From: Alphaproteobacteria bacterium
GTDB lineage: Bacteria > Pseudomonadota > Alphaproteobacteria > MPNO01
DNA length: 64,000 bases
NCBI GenBank assembly: GCA_965248835.1
Contig: CBDFLJ010000001.1
Coordinates: forward strand, 1,952,001-2,016,000
Direction of reading: 5' to 3'
A model generated the notes under the pieces. That model searched no databases, had not been told where the DNA came from, and saw only the letters and a program-made list of their open reading frames with translations. Every line of letters starts with the position of its first letter. The first letter of the stretch is position 1. The translations under genes were made by a program, and so were the position numbers. This document shows positions 1 through 8,879 of this stretch, in pieces.

Positions 1-1
1 C

Positions 2-1186
2 GTCGAAGCGGTCGAGCTCGCCGGCGAGGGCGCGCTGCTCAAGCTGCTGGAGGACCGCCGCAGGAAGCTTGCCGCCGAAGGTCTGTTCGCCCCCGAGCGA
101 AAGCGCGACCTGCCGTTCCTGCCCGATGTGATCGGCGTGATCACCTCGCCGACCGGCGCGGTGATCCGCGACATCCTGCACCGCCTGACCGACCGGTTCC
201 CGCGCCCGGTGCTGCTGTGGCCGGTGCCGGTCCAGGGCGAAGGCGCGGCCGAGCGCGTGGCCGCGGCGATCGCGGGCTTCGGCAGGCTCCTGTCCGGCGG
301 GCCGATCCCGCGGCCGGACGTGCTGATCGTCGCACGCGGCGGCGGCAGTCTGGAGGATCTGTGGGCGTTCAACGAGGAGATCGTGGTCCGGGCGGCGGCG
401 GACTCCACGATCCCGCTGATCTCCGCCATCGGGCACGAGACGGACACCACGCTGATCGATCACGCGGCCGACCGCCGGGCGCCGACGCCCACCGCCGCTG
501 CCGAGATGGCGGTGCCGGTGCGCGCGGAGATCGCGGCCCGGATCCTCGACCTCGAACGGCGGGCGGTCGGCGGCCTCGACCGGCTGATCCGCGAGCGCGC
601 GCTCAGGATCGAAGGACTCGGCCGCGGCCTGCCGGGGCCGGTCCGGCTGCTGGAACAGGCCTTTCAGGATCTCGACGACCGCAGCGACCGGCTCGACCGC
701 GCGGTGTGGGCGGTCCAGGACTCCCTGCGCCAGGGCCTGGCGCGCGCGGTCGCCGCCATCCGCCACCCGCGCGACCTGCTCGCCCGGGCGGGCGACCGCC
801 TGTCGGGCATTTCCGCACGACTGGAAGCCTCGGCGGGCGCGGCGCTGCGTGCAGCCGAGACCGCGCATGGCGGGCTCGATGCGGGCCGAAGGCTGCCGCG
901 CGCGGTGGGCGGCGTCTTGCGCACGCTCGACGGACGGCTTGCCGCGGGCGCCGCGCTCCTCGAAAGCCTGTCTTACGAGCGGGTGCTGGACCGCGGCTAT
1001 GCGGTGGTCCGCGATGCAGACGGCAACCCGATCGCGCGGGCAGCCGATACCGTGCCCGGTCAGGAAATCGCTATCCAGTTCGCCGACAATAGCGTGGCTG
1101 CCAGGCTCGCCGCCGGCGCCAGGGCCAGGCCGAAGCCGAAGCCGAAGCCGCCCGGCAACAAGGACCCGCAAGGAAGCCTGTTGTGA
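2..1186 (+). CDS. xseA: Exodeoxyribonuclease VII large subunit (5'-truncated by window edge)
   Basis: Frame is open from base 2 (VEAVELAGEGALLKLLEDRRRKLAAEGLF). Motifs IGVITSPTGAVIRD, VARGGGSLEDLWAFNEE, SAIGHETD, RAPTPTAAAE and LDRGYA. Confidence 0.96.
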   Translation, partial: VEAVELAGEGALLKLLEDRRRKLAAEGLFAPERKRDLPFLPDVIGVITSPTGAVIRDILHRLTDRFPRPVLLWPVPVQGEGAAERVAAAIAGFGRLLSGGPIPRPDVLIVARGGGSLEDLWAFNEEIVVRAAADSTIPLISAIGHETDTTLIDHAADRRAPTPTAAAEMAVPVRAEIAARILDLERRAVGGLDRLIRERALRIEGLGRGLPGPVRLLEQAFQDLDDRSDRLDRAVWAVQDSLRQGLARAVAAIRHPRDLLARAGDRLSGISARLEASAGAALRAAETAHGGLDAGRRLPRAVGGVLRTLDGRLAAGAALLESLSYERVLDRGYAVVRDADGNPIARAADTVPGQEIAIQFADNSVAARLAAGARARPKPKPKPPGNKDPQGSLL

Positions 1187-1989
1187 TCGGCGTGCTTTGC
1201 CTCCTCATCGCCGTCCTCGGGATCGCGCCGGCCGCAGCGCTCGAGCTCGACGGCAGGCTGATCCAGGGCGGGCTGGTCACCGGCCGGACGGAACCCGACG
1301 CCAAGGTGATGATCGGCAAGCAGAGTCTCAGGGTATCGCGCGATGGTGTGTTCGTCTTCGGTATCGGGCGCGACGCCGGGCCGGTCATGCGGCTGAGCGT
1401 CGCGCAGCCCGACGGGCGCGAGGAAATCCGCACGCTCAGGATCGAGGCACGGCGCTACGACATCCAGCGCATCGACGGGTTGCCCCGACGCAAGGTCAGT
1501 CCGAACGCGGAGGACATGAAGCGCATCCGGGCCGAAGCCGGGCGGATCCGCGCCGCGCGCTACCGCGACACCGCCGAGACATTGTTCGCCGCCGGCTTCA
1601 TCTGGCCGACAAGGGGCATCGTCTCGGGGGTCTACGGCAGCCAGCGCATCCTCAACGGCAAGCCGCGGCGGCCGCATCTGGGGATCGACATCGCGGCACC
1701 CGCCGGCACGCCGGTGCATGCCAGCGCGCCGGGGATCGTCTCGCTCGCCGAGCCCGACCTGTTCTTCAATGGCGGCACGATCATGATCGATCACGGCCAC
1801 GGCATCTCTTCGGTCTATTCGCATCTCGCCGCGGTCGAGGTCACGATCGGCCAGCGGGTCGCGCAGGGCGAACGCATCGGCGCGGTCGGCTCCACCGGAC
1901 GTTCCACCGGTCCCCATCTCGACTGGCGGATCCAGCATTTCGCGACCAGAGTCGATCCGACCCTGCTCGCCGGGCCGATGCCGCGATAG
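1183..1989 (+). CDS. M23 family metallopeptidase, secreted
   Basis: Hydrophobic signal peptide; HLGIDIA (HxxxD) and STGPHL motifs; GTGA overlap with the xseA stop. Confidence 0.9.
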   Translation: MIGVLCLLIAVLGIAPAAALELDGRLIQGGLVTGRTEPDAKVMIGKQSLRVSRDGVFVFGIGRDAGPVMRLSVAQPDGREEIRTLRIEARRYDIQRIDGLPRRKVSPNAEDMKRIRAEAGRIRAARYRDTAETLFAAGFIWPTRGIVSGVYGSQRILNGKPRRPHLGIDIAAPAGTPVHASAPGIVSLAEPDLFFNGGTIMIDHGHGISSVYSHLAAVEVTIGQRVAQGERIGAVGSTGRSTGPHLDWRIQHFATRVDPTLLAGPMPR

Positions 1990-2021
1990 AGCGCCGGGCT
2001 TCTTACCGCCCCGCTTCCGGC

Positions 2022-3365
2022 TCAGAGTCCGGCAACCGTCATCCCGTCGACCCGGATGGTCGGTGCGTCGATCCCGAAGCGGAAGCGCAGGTCATCGGCG
2101 GGCGCGAGATTGGCGAACATGTGCGTGAGGTTGCCCGCCACCGTAAGCTCGCTTACCGGAAAGGCGATCGCGCCATTCTCGATCCAGTAGCCGGTCGCGC
2201 CGCGGCTGTAATCGCCGGTCACCCCGTTGACTCCCATGCCGATCAGCTCGGTGATGTAGAGCCCGTTGTCGATCTCGCCGATCATCGCCTCGAGGCTCTT
2301 CGATCCGGGCTCCATGTAGAGGTTGGTCACCGAAGGCGAGGGTGGCGAGGAGGTGCCGCGCGCGGCGTGCCCGGTGGTCTCCAACCCGAGCTGGCGGGAC
2401 GACGACAAATCGAGGATCCAGGTCTTCAGCACCCCGTCTTCGACGACTGCGTGCCGAGCGTTGGCGATGCCCTCGCCGTCGAAGGGCTTGGAGCGCAGGC
2501 CGCGCTTCCGGTGCGGGTCGTCGACGATCCGGATGCCTTGGGGGAAGATCCGCTCGCCCATCCGGTCCTTGAGGAACGAGGTGCCGCGGGCGACCGCCAC
2601 GCCGTTGATCGCAGCGGCCAGGTGACGGACCAGCCCGCCGGAGACCCGCGGATCGTAGACCACCGGGACCTGGGCGGTCTCCATCTTGCGCGCGCCCAGC
2701 CGCTTGACCGCGCGCTCGCCGGCGTTGCGGCCGATTTCGGCCGGTGTCCTGAGGTCGCTGCCGTAGACCGCGGTGTCGAAGTCGTAGTCGCGCTCCATCG
2801 CGGTACCCTCGCCGGCAAGCACCGCAGCCGCGATGCTCTGCGAGGAGACGGCGTAGGAACGGGCGAACCCGTTCGACGCCGCGACCGCGATGGTGGACCG
2901 GCTCCAGGCCGCCTCCGCCCCTTCGGAGTTGGACACGCCCGGGACCGCGCGCGCGGCATCCTCGGCTTCCTGCGCACGGGAGACCAGGGTTTCGGCGCTG
3001 GGCTCATCGTCGTCGCAGATGTCGAGGTCCGGCGTCTGCCGGACCAGGGCTTCGGCGTCGGCGATGCCGCAATAGGGGTCCTCGGGCGCCGCGCGGGCCA
3101 TGGCGAGCGCACGCTCGACCACCTCGTCCAGCGCCGGCTTTGCCAGGTCGGTCGTCGAGGCCATCGCCTGGCGCTTGCCGACCAGGACCCGCAGGCCGAG
3201 GTCGCGGCTTTCGGAGCGTTCCAGCTTCTCGGACTTCCCCAGCCGCTGGGCGACCGAGACCGCCGCCGCCTCGAAGAACACCGCATCGGCGGCATCGGCG
3301 CCGCCGCGCTCGGCCGCATCCAGCAGGTCGGACAGGAAGCAGAGCGGATCGGAGACGGTGGACAT
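2022..3365 (-). CDS. pmbA: TldD/PmbA family protein (PmbA/TldE type)
   Basis: SKPFDGEG, GVNGVTGDYSRGA and ELTVAGNL motifs; no HExxxH; 447 aa. Confidence 0.88.
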   Translation of the reverse strand: MSTVSDPLCFLSDLLDAAERGGADAADAVFFEAAAVSVAQRLGKSEKLERSESRDLGLRVLVGKRQAMASTTDLAKPALDEVVERALAMARAAPEDPYCGIADAEALVRQTPDLDICDDDEPSAETLVSRAQEAEDAARAVPGVSNSEGAEAAWSRSTIAVAASNGFARSYAVSSQSIAAAVLAGEGTAMERDYDFDTAVYGSDLRTPAEIGRNAGERAVKRLGARKMETAQVPVVYDPRVSGGLVRHLAAAINGVAVARGTSFLKDRMGERIFPQGIRIVDDPHRKRGLRSKPFDGEGIANARHAVVEDGVLKTWILDLSSSRQLGLETTGHAARGTSSPPSPSVTNLYMEPGSKSLEAMIGEIDNGLYITELIGMGVNGVTGDYSRGATGYWIENGAIAFPVSELTVAGNLTHMFANLAPADDLRFRFGIDAPTIRVDGMTVAGL

Positions 3366-3434
3366 GGCGGGCTCCGTCAGGGGAAGGCGCTGCGCTTTAT
3401 AGGCGATCGGCCGGGCGGTTGCGAGGCGGCAGGC

Positions 3435-4937
3435 CTATCGCCAGATCGGCTTGCCGGTGCCCGGCAGGCCATATTCCGCCCAGTTGGCGGTCACCTTCGC
3501 GATCACCGCGTCGTCCATGCGAATGCGGCGGCCCCAGGCGCGTGCGGTCTCCGGCGGGATCTTGGTGGTGGCATCGATGCCGAGCTTGGCGCCGAGCCCG
3601 GGCTCGGGCGAGGCGAAGTCGAGGGAATCGATTGGCGTACCTTCGACCACCATCAGGTCGCGGCCGGGGTCGACATTCGTCGAGATCGCCCAAACCACGT
3701 CGGCCCAGCTCCGGATGTCGATGTCGGCGTCCACGACGATGACGGTCTTGGTGTACATGAATTGCCGCAGATACGACCACACGGCCATCATGGTCCGCCT
3801 GGCGTGGCCCGGATAGGCCTTCTTCAGCGCCACCACCGCGACGCGGTAGCTGCACGCCTCCGGCGGCAGGTAGAAATCCGCGATATCGGGGAACTGCTGG
3901 ATCAGAAGGGGGACGAAGACCTCGTTCAGCGCCTCGGCCAGGACCGAGGGCTCATCGGGCGGGCGGCCGGTGAAGGTGGTCAGATAGATCGGGTCGCGCC
4001 GCATGGTGATCGCGCTGACGGTGAAGACCGGAAAGCTGTCGGCGGCGTTGTAATAGCCGGTGTGATCGCCATACGGCCCCTCGGTGCCGTACTCGGTGAG
4101 CGAGACGTGGCCCTCCAGGACGATCTCGGCTGCGGCCGGCACCTGGAGCGGCACCGTCTTGCAATCGACCAAATCGAGGCGTCGGCCGCGCAGCAGACCG
4201 GCGAACTGATATTCCGACAGCGTATCGGGTACCGGCGCGACGCCGGCGATGATGGTCGCGGGATCGGCGCCGATGACCGCGGCGGCCGGCAGCGCGCTCG
4301 CCGCTTCCGCGTCCGCGGCGCGCCGGGCATGGTGCTGGGCGCCGCCGCGATGCTGCAACCAGCGCATCAGCGTGGTCTTTGGACCGGTGACCTGCATGCG
4401 GTAGATGCCGAGATTGGGCCGTCCGGCGGCATCGGCGGTGACCACCAGCGGCCAGGTGATCAGCGGCGCCGGCTCGCCCGGCCAACAGCCCTGGACCGGC
4501 AGACGCGCAAGGTCGATCTCGCCGCCGGTCAGGACGACGTCCTGGCAGGGCGCACGGCTCAGGATGCGCGGCTTCATCGCCATCGCGGTCTTGAGCAGCG
4601 GCAGCATTTCCAGCGCCTCGCGCCAGCCGCCCGGCGGCTCGGGTTGGCGCAGGAAGGCGAGCTGCTCGCCCAGCGCCCGCAATTCGGCGGGCTCGCGCCC
4701 CATCCCCCAGGCCACGCGCTCGACGGTGCCGAACAGGTTGGCCAGCACCGGGATCTCCGAGACACTGCCGTCGGGCCGCACCGGCTTCTCGAACAGCACC
4801 GCCGGTCCGCCCTCGGCCAGCAGACGGGTCTGGATCTCGGTCATCTCCAGTGCGGTCGCCACCGGGGCGGCGACCCGGACGAGCCGGTCCGACGTCTCCA
4901 GCCGGTCGATGAAATCCCGCAGGCTCGCGTAGGTCAT
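3435..4937 (-). CDS. ubiD: UbiD family decarboxylase (4-hydroxy-3-polyprenylbenzoate decarboxylase)
   Basis: Start MTYASLRDF; NLGIYRMQV, EGPYGDHTGYY, PPEACSYR and LDFASP motifs. Confidence 0.93.
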   Translation of the reverse strand: MTYASLRDFIDRLETSDRLVRVAAPVATALEMTEIQTRLLAEGGPAVLFEKPVRPDGSVSEIPVLANLFGTVERVAWGMGREPAELRALGEQLAFLRQPEPPGGWREALEMLPLLKTAMAMKPRILSRAPCQDVVLTGGEIDLARLPVQGCWPGEPAPLITWPLVVTADAAGRPNLGIYRMQVTGPKTTLMRWLQHRGGAQHHARRAADAEAASALPAAAVIGADPATIIAGVAPVPDTLSEYQFAGLLRGRRLDLVDCKTVPLQVPAAAEIVLEGHVSLTEYGTEGPYGDHTGYYNAADSFPVFTVSAITMRRDPIYLTTFTGRPPDEPSVLAEALNEVFVPLLIQQFPDIADFYLPPEACSYRVAVVALKKAYPGHARRTMMAVWSYLRQFMYTKTVIVVDADIDIRSWADVVWAISTNVDPGRDLMVVEGTPIDSLDFASPEPGLGAKLGIDATTKIPPETARAWGRRIRMDDAVIAKVTANWAEYGLPGTGKPIWR

Positions 4938-5041
4938 TCGCGCCCGATCCGCTGGCTCGCACTCGAGAGTCCTCAACCGTGCTCTTGTCAGGAAGACCGG
5001 GTTTGCGCAATCTTTTTCAGCCGCATTTCGAACGGTGCCCC

Positions 5042-5824
5042 ATGCCGCCCAGCAGGAACGTCTTCAACCAACAGGTCCCTTCGGACGTGCGTTCTCCGGA
5101 GCATGCCCCGAACGACCGGATCCGGCATGCGCGATCCTATCCGTTTGCAATTCCCGATCATTCCTACCTGTTCGAAGACGGCCGCTTTTCGCGCCTGCGC
5201 GCCGGGGATGTCGACCGGGATCACCGGACCCCGGTGCTGGCGGCCGGCTCGAACCAGTCCCCGGAGCGGCTCGCGCGCAAGTTCGCCTCGTATTCCGGCG
5301 GTCCCGCGAGCCGCATCCCCGCCCAGCGCGGCACGCTGGCGGATTTCGACACGGTCTATGCCGCGCACCTGGCGCGGTACGGCTCGGTGCCGGCGACTTT
5401 CCAGGCCTCGCCCGGTACCGCGGTCACCGTCTTCGTCCTGTGGCTGGACGAGAGGCAGCTTGCGCACATGCACCGGACCGAAACGCACTATACTTTCGAC
5501 CGCCTGAGCGATATTGCCGTCGCCTTCGATGACGGCGAGACGCTCGGGACCGCGTTCAGCTACGCCGCCAAGCTCGGCTGCCTCGAATTCGGCGGCGGCT
5601 GCGCGAGCCTGGCCGAGATCCCGGCGACCGGGCGGCGGTTCCCGGCGCTCAGCCAGGACGAGGCGCTTGCCGCGGTGCGCGACCGGCTGGCACCGGGCCG
5701 CGCGCTGGAGGGATTCATCCAGGAGCATATCGACGACCCGGCGCTGCGGCGCGCGCGCTGCGACGCGCTGGGCGCTGCGGCCGTACCGCTGGACTTCCCG
5801 CGCGAGACCATAGCCGTGCTTTAA
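5042..5824 (+). CDS. Conserved hypothetical protein, possibly gamma-glutamylcyclotransferase-like
   Basis: Protein-like composition, divergent from ubiD; VLAAGSNQSPE resembles the GGCT-like AYGSN loop. Start uncertain (4979/5042/5087). Confidence 0.65.
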   Translation: MPPSRNVFNQQVPSDVRSPEHAPNDRIRHARSYPFAIPDHSYLFEDGRFSRLRAGDVDRDHRTPVLAAGSNQSPERLARKFASYSGGPASRIPAQRGTLADFDTVYAAHLARYGSVPATFQASPGTAVTVFVLWLDERQLAHMHRTETHYTFDRLSDIAVAFDDGETLGTAFSYAAKLGCLEFGGGCASLAEIPATGRRFPALSQDEALAAVRDRLAPGRALEGFIQEHIDDPALRRARCDALGAAAVPLDFPRETIAVL

Positions 5825-5890
5825 GGCTGTACCCCGGCCCGGGCTCGGGTCAGGATGACCGCCGATCGGAGCGACAACGGGAGATCGGAG

Positions 5891-6673
5891 ATGCCTCGTC
5901 CAACGCTCGATGCCGGGGTCGGCCTGGCGCTGTTGGCCGGTATCGCCGCCCTGGCGCCGCTGCCCGCCGCCGCGGCGCCGCAGGTCCTTGCCCTGATCGC
6001 GACAGACGGGCCGGTCGCCCTGCACTGCGCGGGCGCAACCTGCACCGCGAGCCTGCCGTCGCTTTGCCTTCAGCCCGAACGCCGCGCGCCGCAGGCCGGC
6101 CGGGACTACCGCCTGGCCGAGGGCCAGTCGCTGACCGTTCTCGGCAATGACGGGACGCGGCAGATCACGCAGGGCTATCGTCTGATCGCCAAACGCACCC
6201 ATGTCGCGGTCGAGGTCCGCATCCCGCACGACCTGGTCGCCGGGCTCGGAGCCCCGGCCATCGCGGTCGGCAAGAACATCAGCGCCATCCCGGTGCCGCG
6301 CGCCGATGATATGAGAGCGATCGGAAAGGCCGAGATCGAACGCGCCGTGGGCGAGCGCAGGGCGATCGCGGACAGGTTGATCGATCAGGAGCCGGTGCGC
6401 ATGCCGGCGGTCCGGATGACCAACAGCCTGATCAACGCGGTAGCGGCCGGCGCGGAGGCGGACCGAAGCTGGGGCGCGATCCTCGCCGATGCCAGGGCGC
6501 GCAACGTCTCCGATGCGGCGATCGCCTACGCGCGGTTAACCTACGATCTGTGCAAGTTCAAGCTCGCCAACCGGCTCGGCAAGTCGCTCGGCGGCTGCCT
6601 CGGCGGCATCAACGACGATGCGATGGAGTACCTCAACAGCGACCTGGAGCCGGCGCTGAAGACCGGCAGCTAA
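5891..6673 (+). CDS. Hypothetical secreted protein with Cys cluster
   Basis: GGAG upstream; hydrophobic N-terminus with Ala-rich cleavage region; HCAGATCTASLPSLCLQP. Confidence 0.65.
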   Translation: MPRPTLDAGVGLALLAGIAALAPLPAAAAPQVLALIATDGPVALHCAGATCTASLPSLCLQPERRAPQAGRDYRLAEGQSLTVLGNDGTRQITQGYRLIAKRTHVAVEVRIPHDLVAGLGAPAIAVGKNISAIPVPRADDMRAIGKAEIERAVGERRAIADRLIDQEPVRMPAVRMTNSLINAVAAGAEADRSWGAILADARARNVSDAAIAYARLTYDLCKFKLANRLGKSLGGCLGGINDDAMEYLNSDLEPALKTGS

Positions 6674-6712
6674 GGCCTTTGCGGGCCTCCGCGCGCCGGC
6701 CCGGGCGGCGGA

Positions 6713-8242
6713 TCAAACCTCGTCCGGCCGGGTCTTCAGCCGCAGCCGCGCGCGGACCGCGCGCGAGGTCGCATCGATCACCAGGTTCAGCGCCGCTGTG
6801 ATCAGGATCAGGTAGAGCGCGCGGTCGAAGCGGAGGTCGGCGAACGCGCTGTCGACGTAGAAGCCGAGCGTCGTGATGCCGAGAATCCCGAGGATCGCCG
6901 TCTCCCGCATGATCACCTCCCAGCGGTAGAACAGAAACGCCAGGAACTGCGGGTAGATCCGCGGCAACACGTCGTAGAAATAGAGGTTGAGGCCGGTGGA
7001 GGCATCGGGGCGCAGCTCCATCGCCTCGGTGTAGCAGCCCATCAGATGGCCGATGATCGCCCCGTTATGCAGTGCGAGCGCCGCGACCGCCGGCAGCATC
7101 GACGGCCCCCAGAGCAACAGGAAGACCAGCGCAAGCACGTATTCCGGCGTCGAGCGGATGACCACCAGCCCGACATGCCCGCAGGCGCGGCCAACCGGGC
7201 CGAAGAACTTGGGCGATATCAACGGGAACATCGTAAGCGTGAGCGCGCCGGTGGCAACCAGCGCCGTCTGGGTCAGGATCACGGTGTTTATGATGCCGGG
7301 CCAGGCCTGGGCAGAGAACAGCTTGCCTGCCCAGGACAGGACATCGGTCCAGACGATCGCACCGAACGTTTCGGCCGCGCGGATCGGCTGGGGCAGGATG
7401 TCGTGGCCGAAGAACCGCCAGATGTTCTCGGCCGCGATTTCCCCGCTCCACGGCAGCAACGCCAGCGCCAGCAGGATGTAGAGCGGCACCAGGCGCTGGC
7501 GCACCCAAATCCTGATAGTGGCGATGATCACGTAGAACAGGATCAGCAACGCCGCGACCTCGGCGTACCGGCCCTGGGCGAAGGCCGATTCCAGGTGGAA
7601 GCCGATCGTCGGAAGTCCGACGAAGCCGATCACGGTCGAGGACCGCAGCCCGCATTCCAGCCGGTAGAGCGAGTAGGTCCTGAAGTGGGCCCAGGCATCG
7701 GGAAGCCGTACGAAGATGAAAATCGAGGCCGCGGCCGTGCCCGCCGGCACCGCGGCGAGCGGCGCGGGGTCGGACTCCTCCAGGATCTCGGAATAGACCT
7801 TGGCGAAAATGCCGGCGTAGGGGATGGCGATGGCCAGGACGCCGGTCAGCGGGGTCAGCCCGAAGACCTGCAGGAAGATCAGCGCCCAGAACAGCTCGTG
7901 CACCGCGCGGATGAAGGCGCAGCCTGCGCGCACCAGGCGGAAGCGGAAGACCAGCGCCAAGGCGAATCCCGACAGGTTGCCGACCGCCACGCCGAGGAAG
8001 GCGAAGGCCACCGTCATCAGGATTGCCGAGACCAGGTTTTCCGTCGCCCGGAAATCCGGGCTCAGCGCGCCCGCGGCCATACGGCCGAACTCGGTCCACG
8101 GATCGAGCGTGGAGATCTCGAAATCGCCGAAGACCGCAAGGACCGCGGCCAGGAAGACGAATCCGACGCTTGCCCGGACCAGCGGAGACGGCGTGCCGCG
8201 GCCGGCGAACGGATCAGGCGCCGTTGCGGTAGAGATGGTCAA
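6713..8242 (-). CDS. ABC transporter permease, PhnE/PtxC-like with two fused permease domains
   Basis: Two PhnE-type halves (IRAVHELFWAL...YRLECGLRSSTVIGFVG and IRSTPEYVLAL...YRWEVIMRETAILG); many TM segments. Confidence 0.88.
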   Translation of the reverse strand: MTISTATAPDPFAGRGTPSPLVRASVGFVFLAAVLAVFGDFEISTLDPWTEFGRMAAGALSPDFRATENLVSAILMTVAFAFLGVAVGNLSGFALALVFRFRLVRAGCAFIRAVHELFWALIFLQVFGLTPLTGVLAIAIPYAGIFAKVYSEILEESDPAPLAAVPAGTAAASIFIFVRLPDAWAHFRTYSLYRLECGLRSSTVIGFVGLPTIGFHLESAFAQGRYAEVAALLILFYVIIATIRIWVRQRLVPLYILLALALLPWSGEIAAENIWRFFGHDILPQPIRAAETFGAIVWTDVLSWAGKLFSAQAWPGIINTVILTQTALVATGALTLTMFPLISPKFFGPVGRACGHVGLVVIRSTPEYVLALVFLLLWGPSMLPAVAALALHNGAIIGHLMGCYTEAMELRPDASTGLNLYFYDVLPRIYPQFLAFLFYRWEVIMRETAILGILGITTLGFYVDSAFADLRFDRALYLILITAALNLVIDATSRAVRARLRLKTRPDEV

Positions 8243-8855
8243 GATCGGAGGGCTTCAACCCTGCGGTCGGCTCGTCCAGAACGATGCCGCCGTCCTTGAT
8301 GCGGATGGCGCGGTCCGCATAGGCCAGCGCCAGGTCCACGTCGTGCATCGACAACACCACGGTCTCGTGGGCTTCCACGATCGCGTCCAGCACGGCACGC
8401 GATTGGTGCTCGTCGCCCATGAAAACGGCGCTGCCCTTGTGGATCGCGCGGCCGACGGCGGTGCGCTGCTGCTGGCCGCCGGACAGCTCCTCGATGCGCG
8501 CGAACACCTTGTCCTCCAGCCCGAGACGTTCGACCACGGGGCGGACGGCGGCGATCTCCTTCTTGAGCGGCCGGATCAGGTTGGCCAGGTTGTACCAGGT
8601 CGAATGCCGGTGCAGCCGGCCCATGTAGATGTTGTGGAAAACGGTCAGCGCGCGCACCAGGCCGACCTCCTGGGGCACCAGGGACACCGCGGCCTTTTGC
8701 TGATCGTAGAGCAGGCGCAACAGCGTCGACTTGCCGGCGCCGCTCCTGCCGACCAGGGCAACCTTCTCGCCGGGCTCGATGCGCAGGCTGATGCCGCTGA
8801 GAACCGGGACGCCGTTGTACTGAACAACGGCGTCCTCCAACGCGAACAGGGACAT
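8214..8855 (-). CDS. ABC transporter ATP-binding protein (PhnC-like), D-loop apparently deleted
   Basis: Walker A GRSGAGKST, signature LSGGQQQR, Walker B VFMGDE followed directly by HQSR, H-loop SMHD. Confidence 0.85.
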   Translation of the reverse strand: MSLFALEDAVVQYNGVPVLSGISLRIEPGEKVALVGRSGAGKSTLLRLLYDQQKAAVSLVPQEVGLVRALTVFHNIYMGRLHRHSTWYNLANLIRPLKKEIAAVRPVVERLGLEDKVFARIEELSGGQQQRTAVGRAIHKGSAVFMGDEHQSRAVLDAIVEAHETVVLSMHDVDLALAYADRAIRIKDGGIVLDEPTAGLKPSDLDHLYRNGA

Positions 8856-8879
8856 GGCGTGGCGCCGCCGGTCCGGCCC

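Noticed and set aside
1128-1150. Short 6-bp tandem repeats (GCCGAA in the xseA tail; similarly CGGACG near 9685-9705)
   Set aside because: In-frame low-complexity linkers (PKPKP, ASASA) with too few units to suggest phase variation.
849-5507. 1552-aa plus-strand ORF, and similar long ORFs such as 27235-30546 (-), 12359-14398 (-), 47411-49606 (+) and 52089-54095 (-)
   Set aside because: Shadow frames of well-supported genes in high-GC DNA; Arg/Gly/Pro-rich with no motifs.
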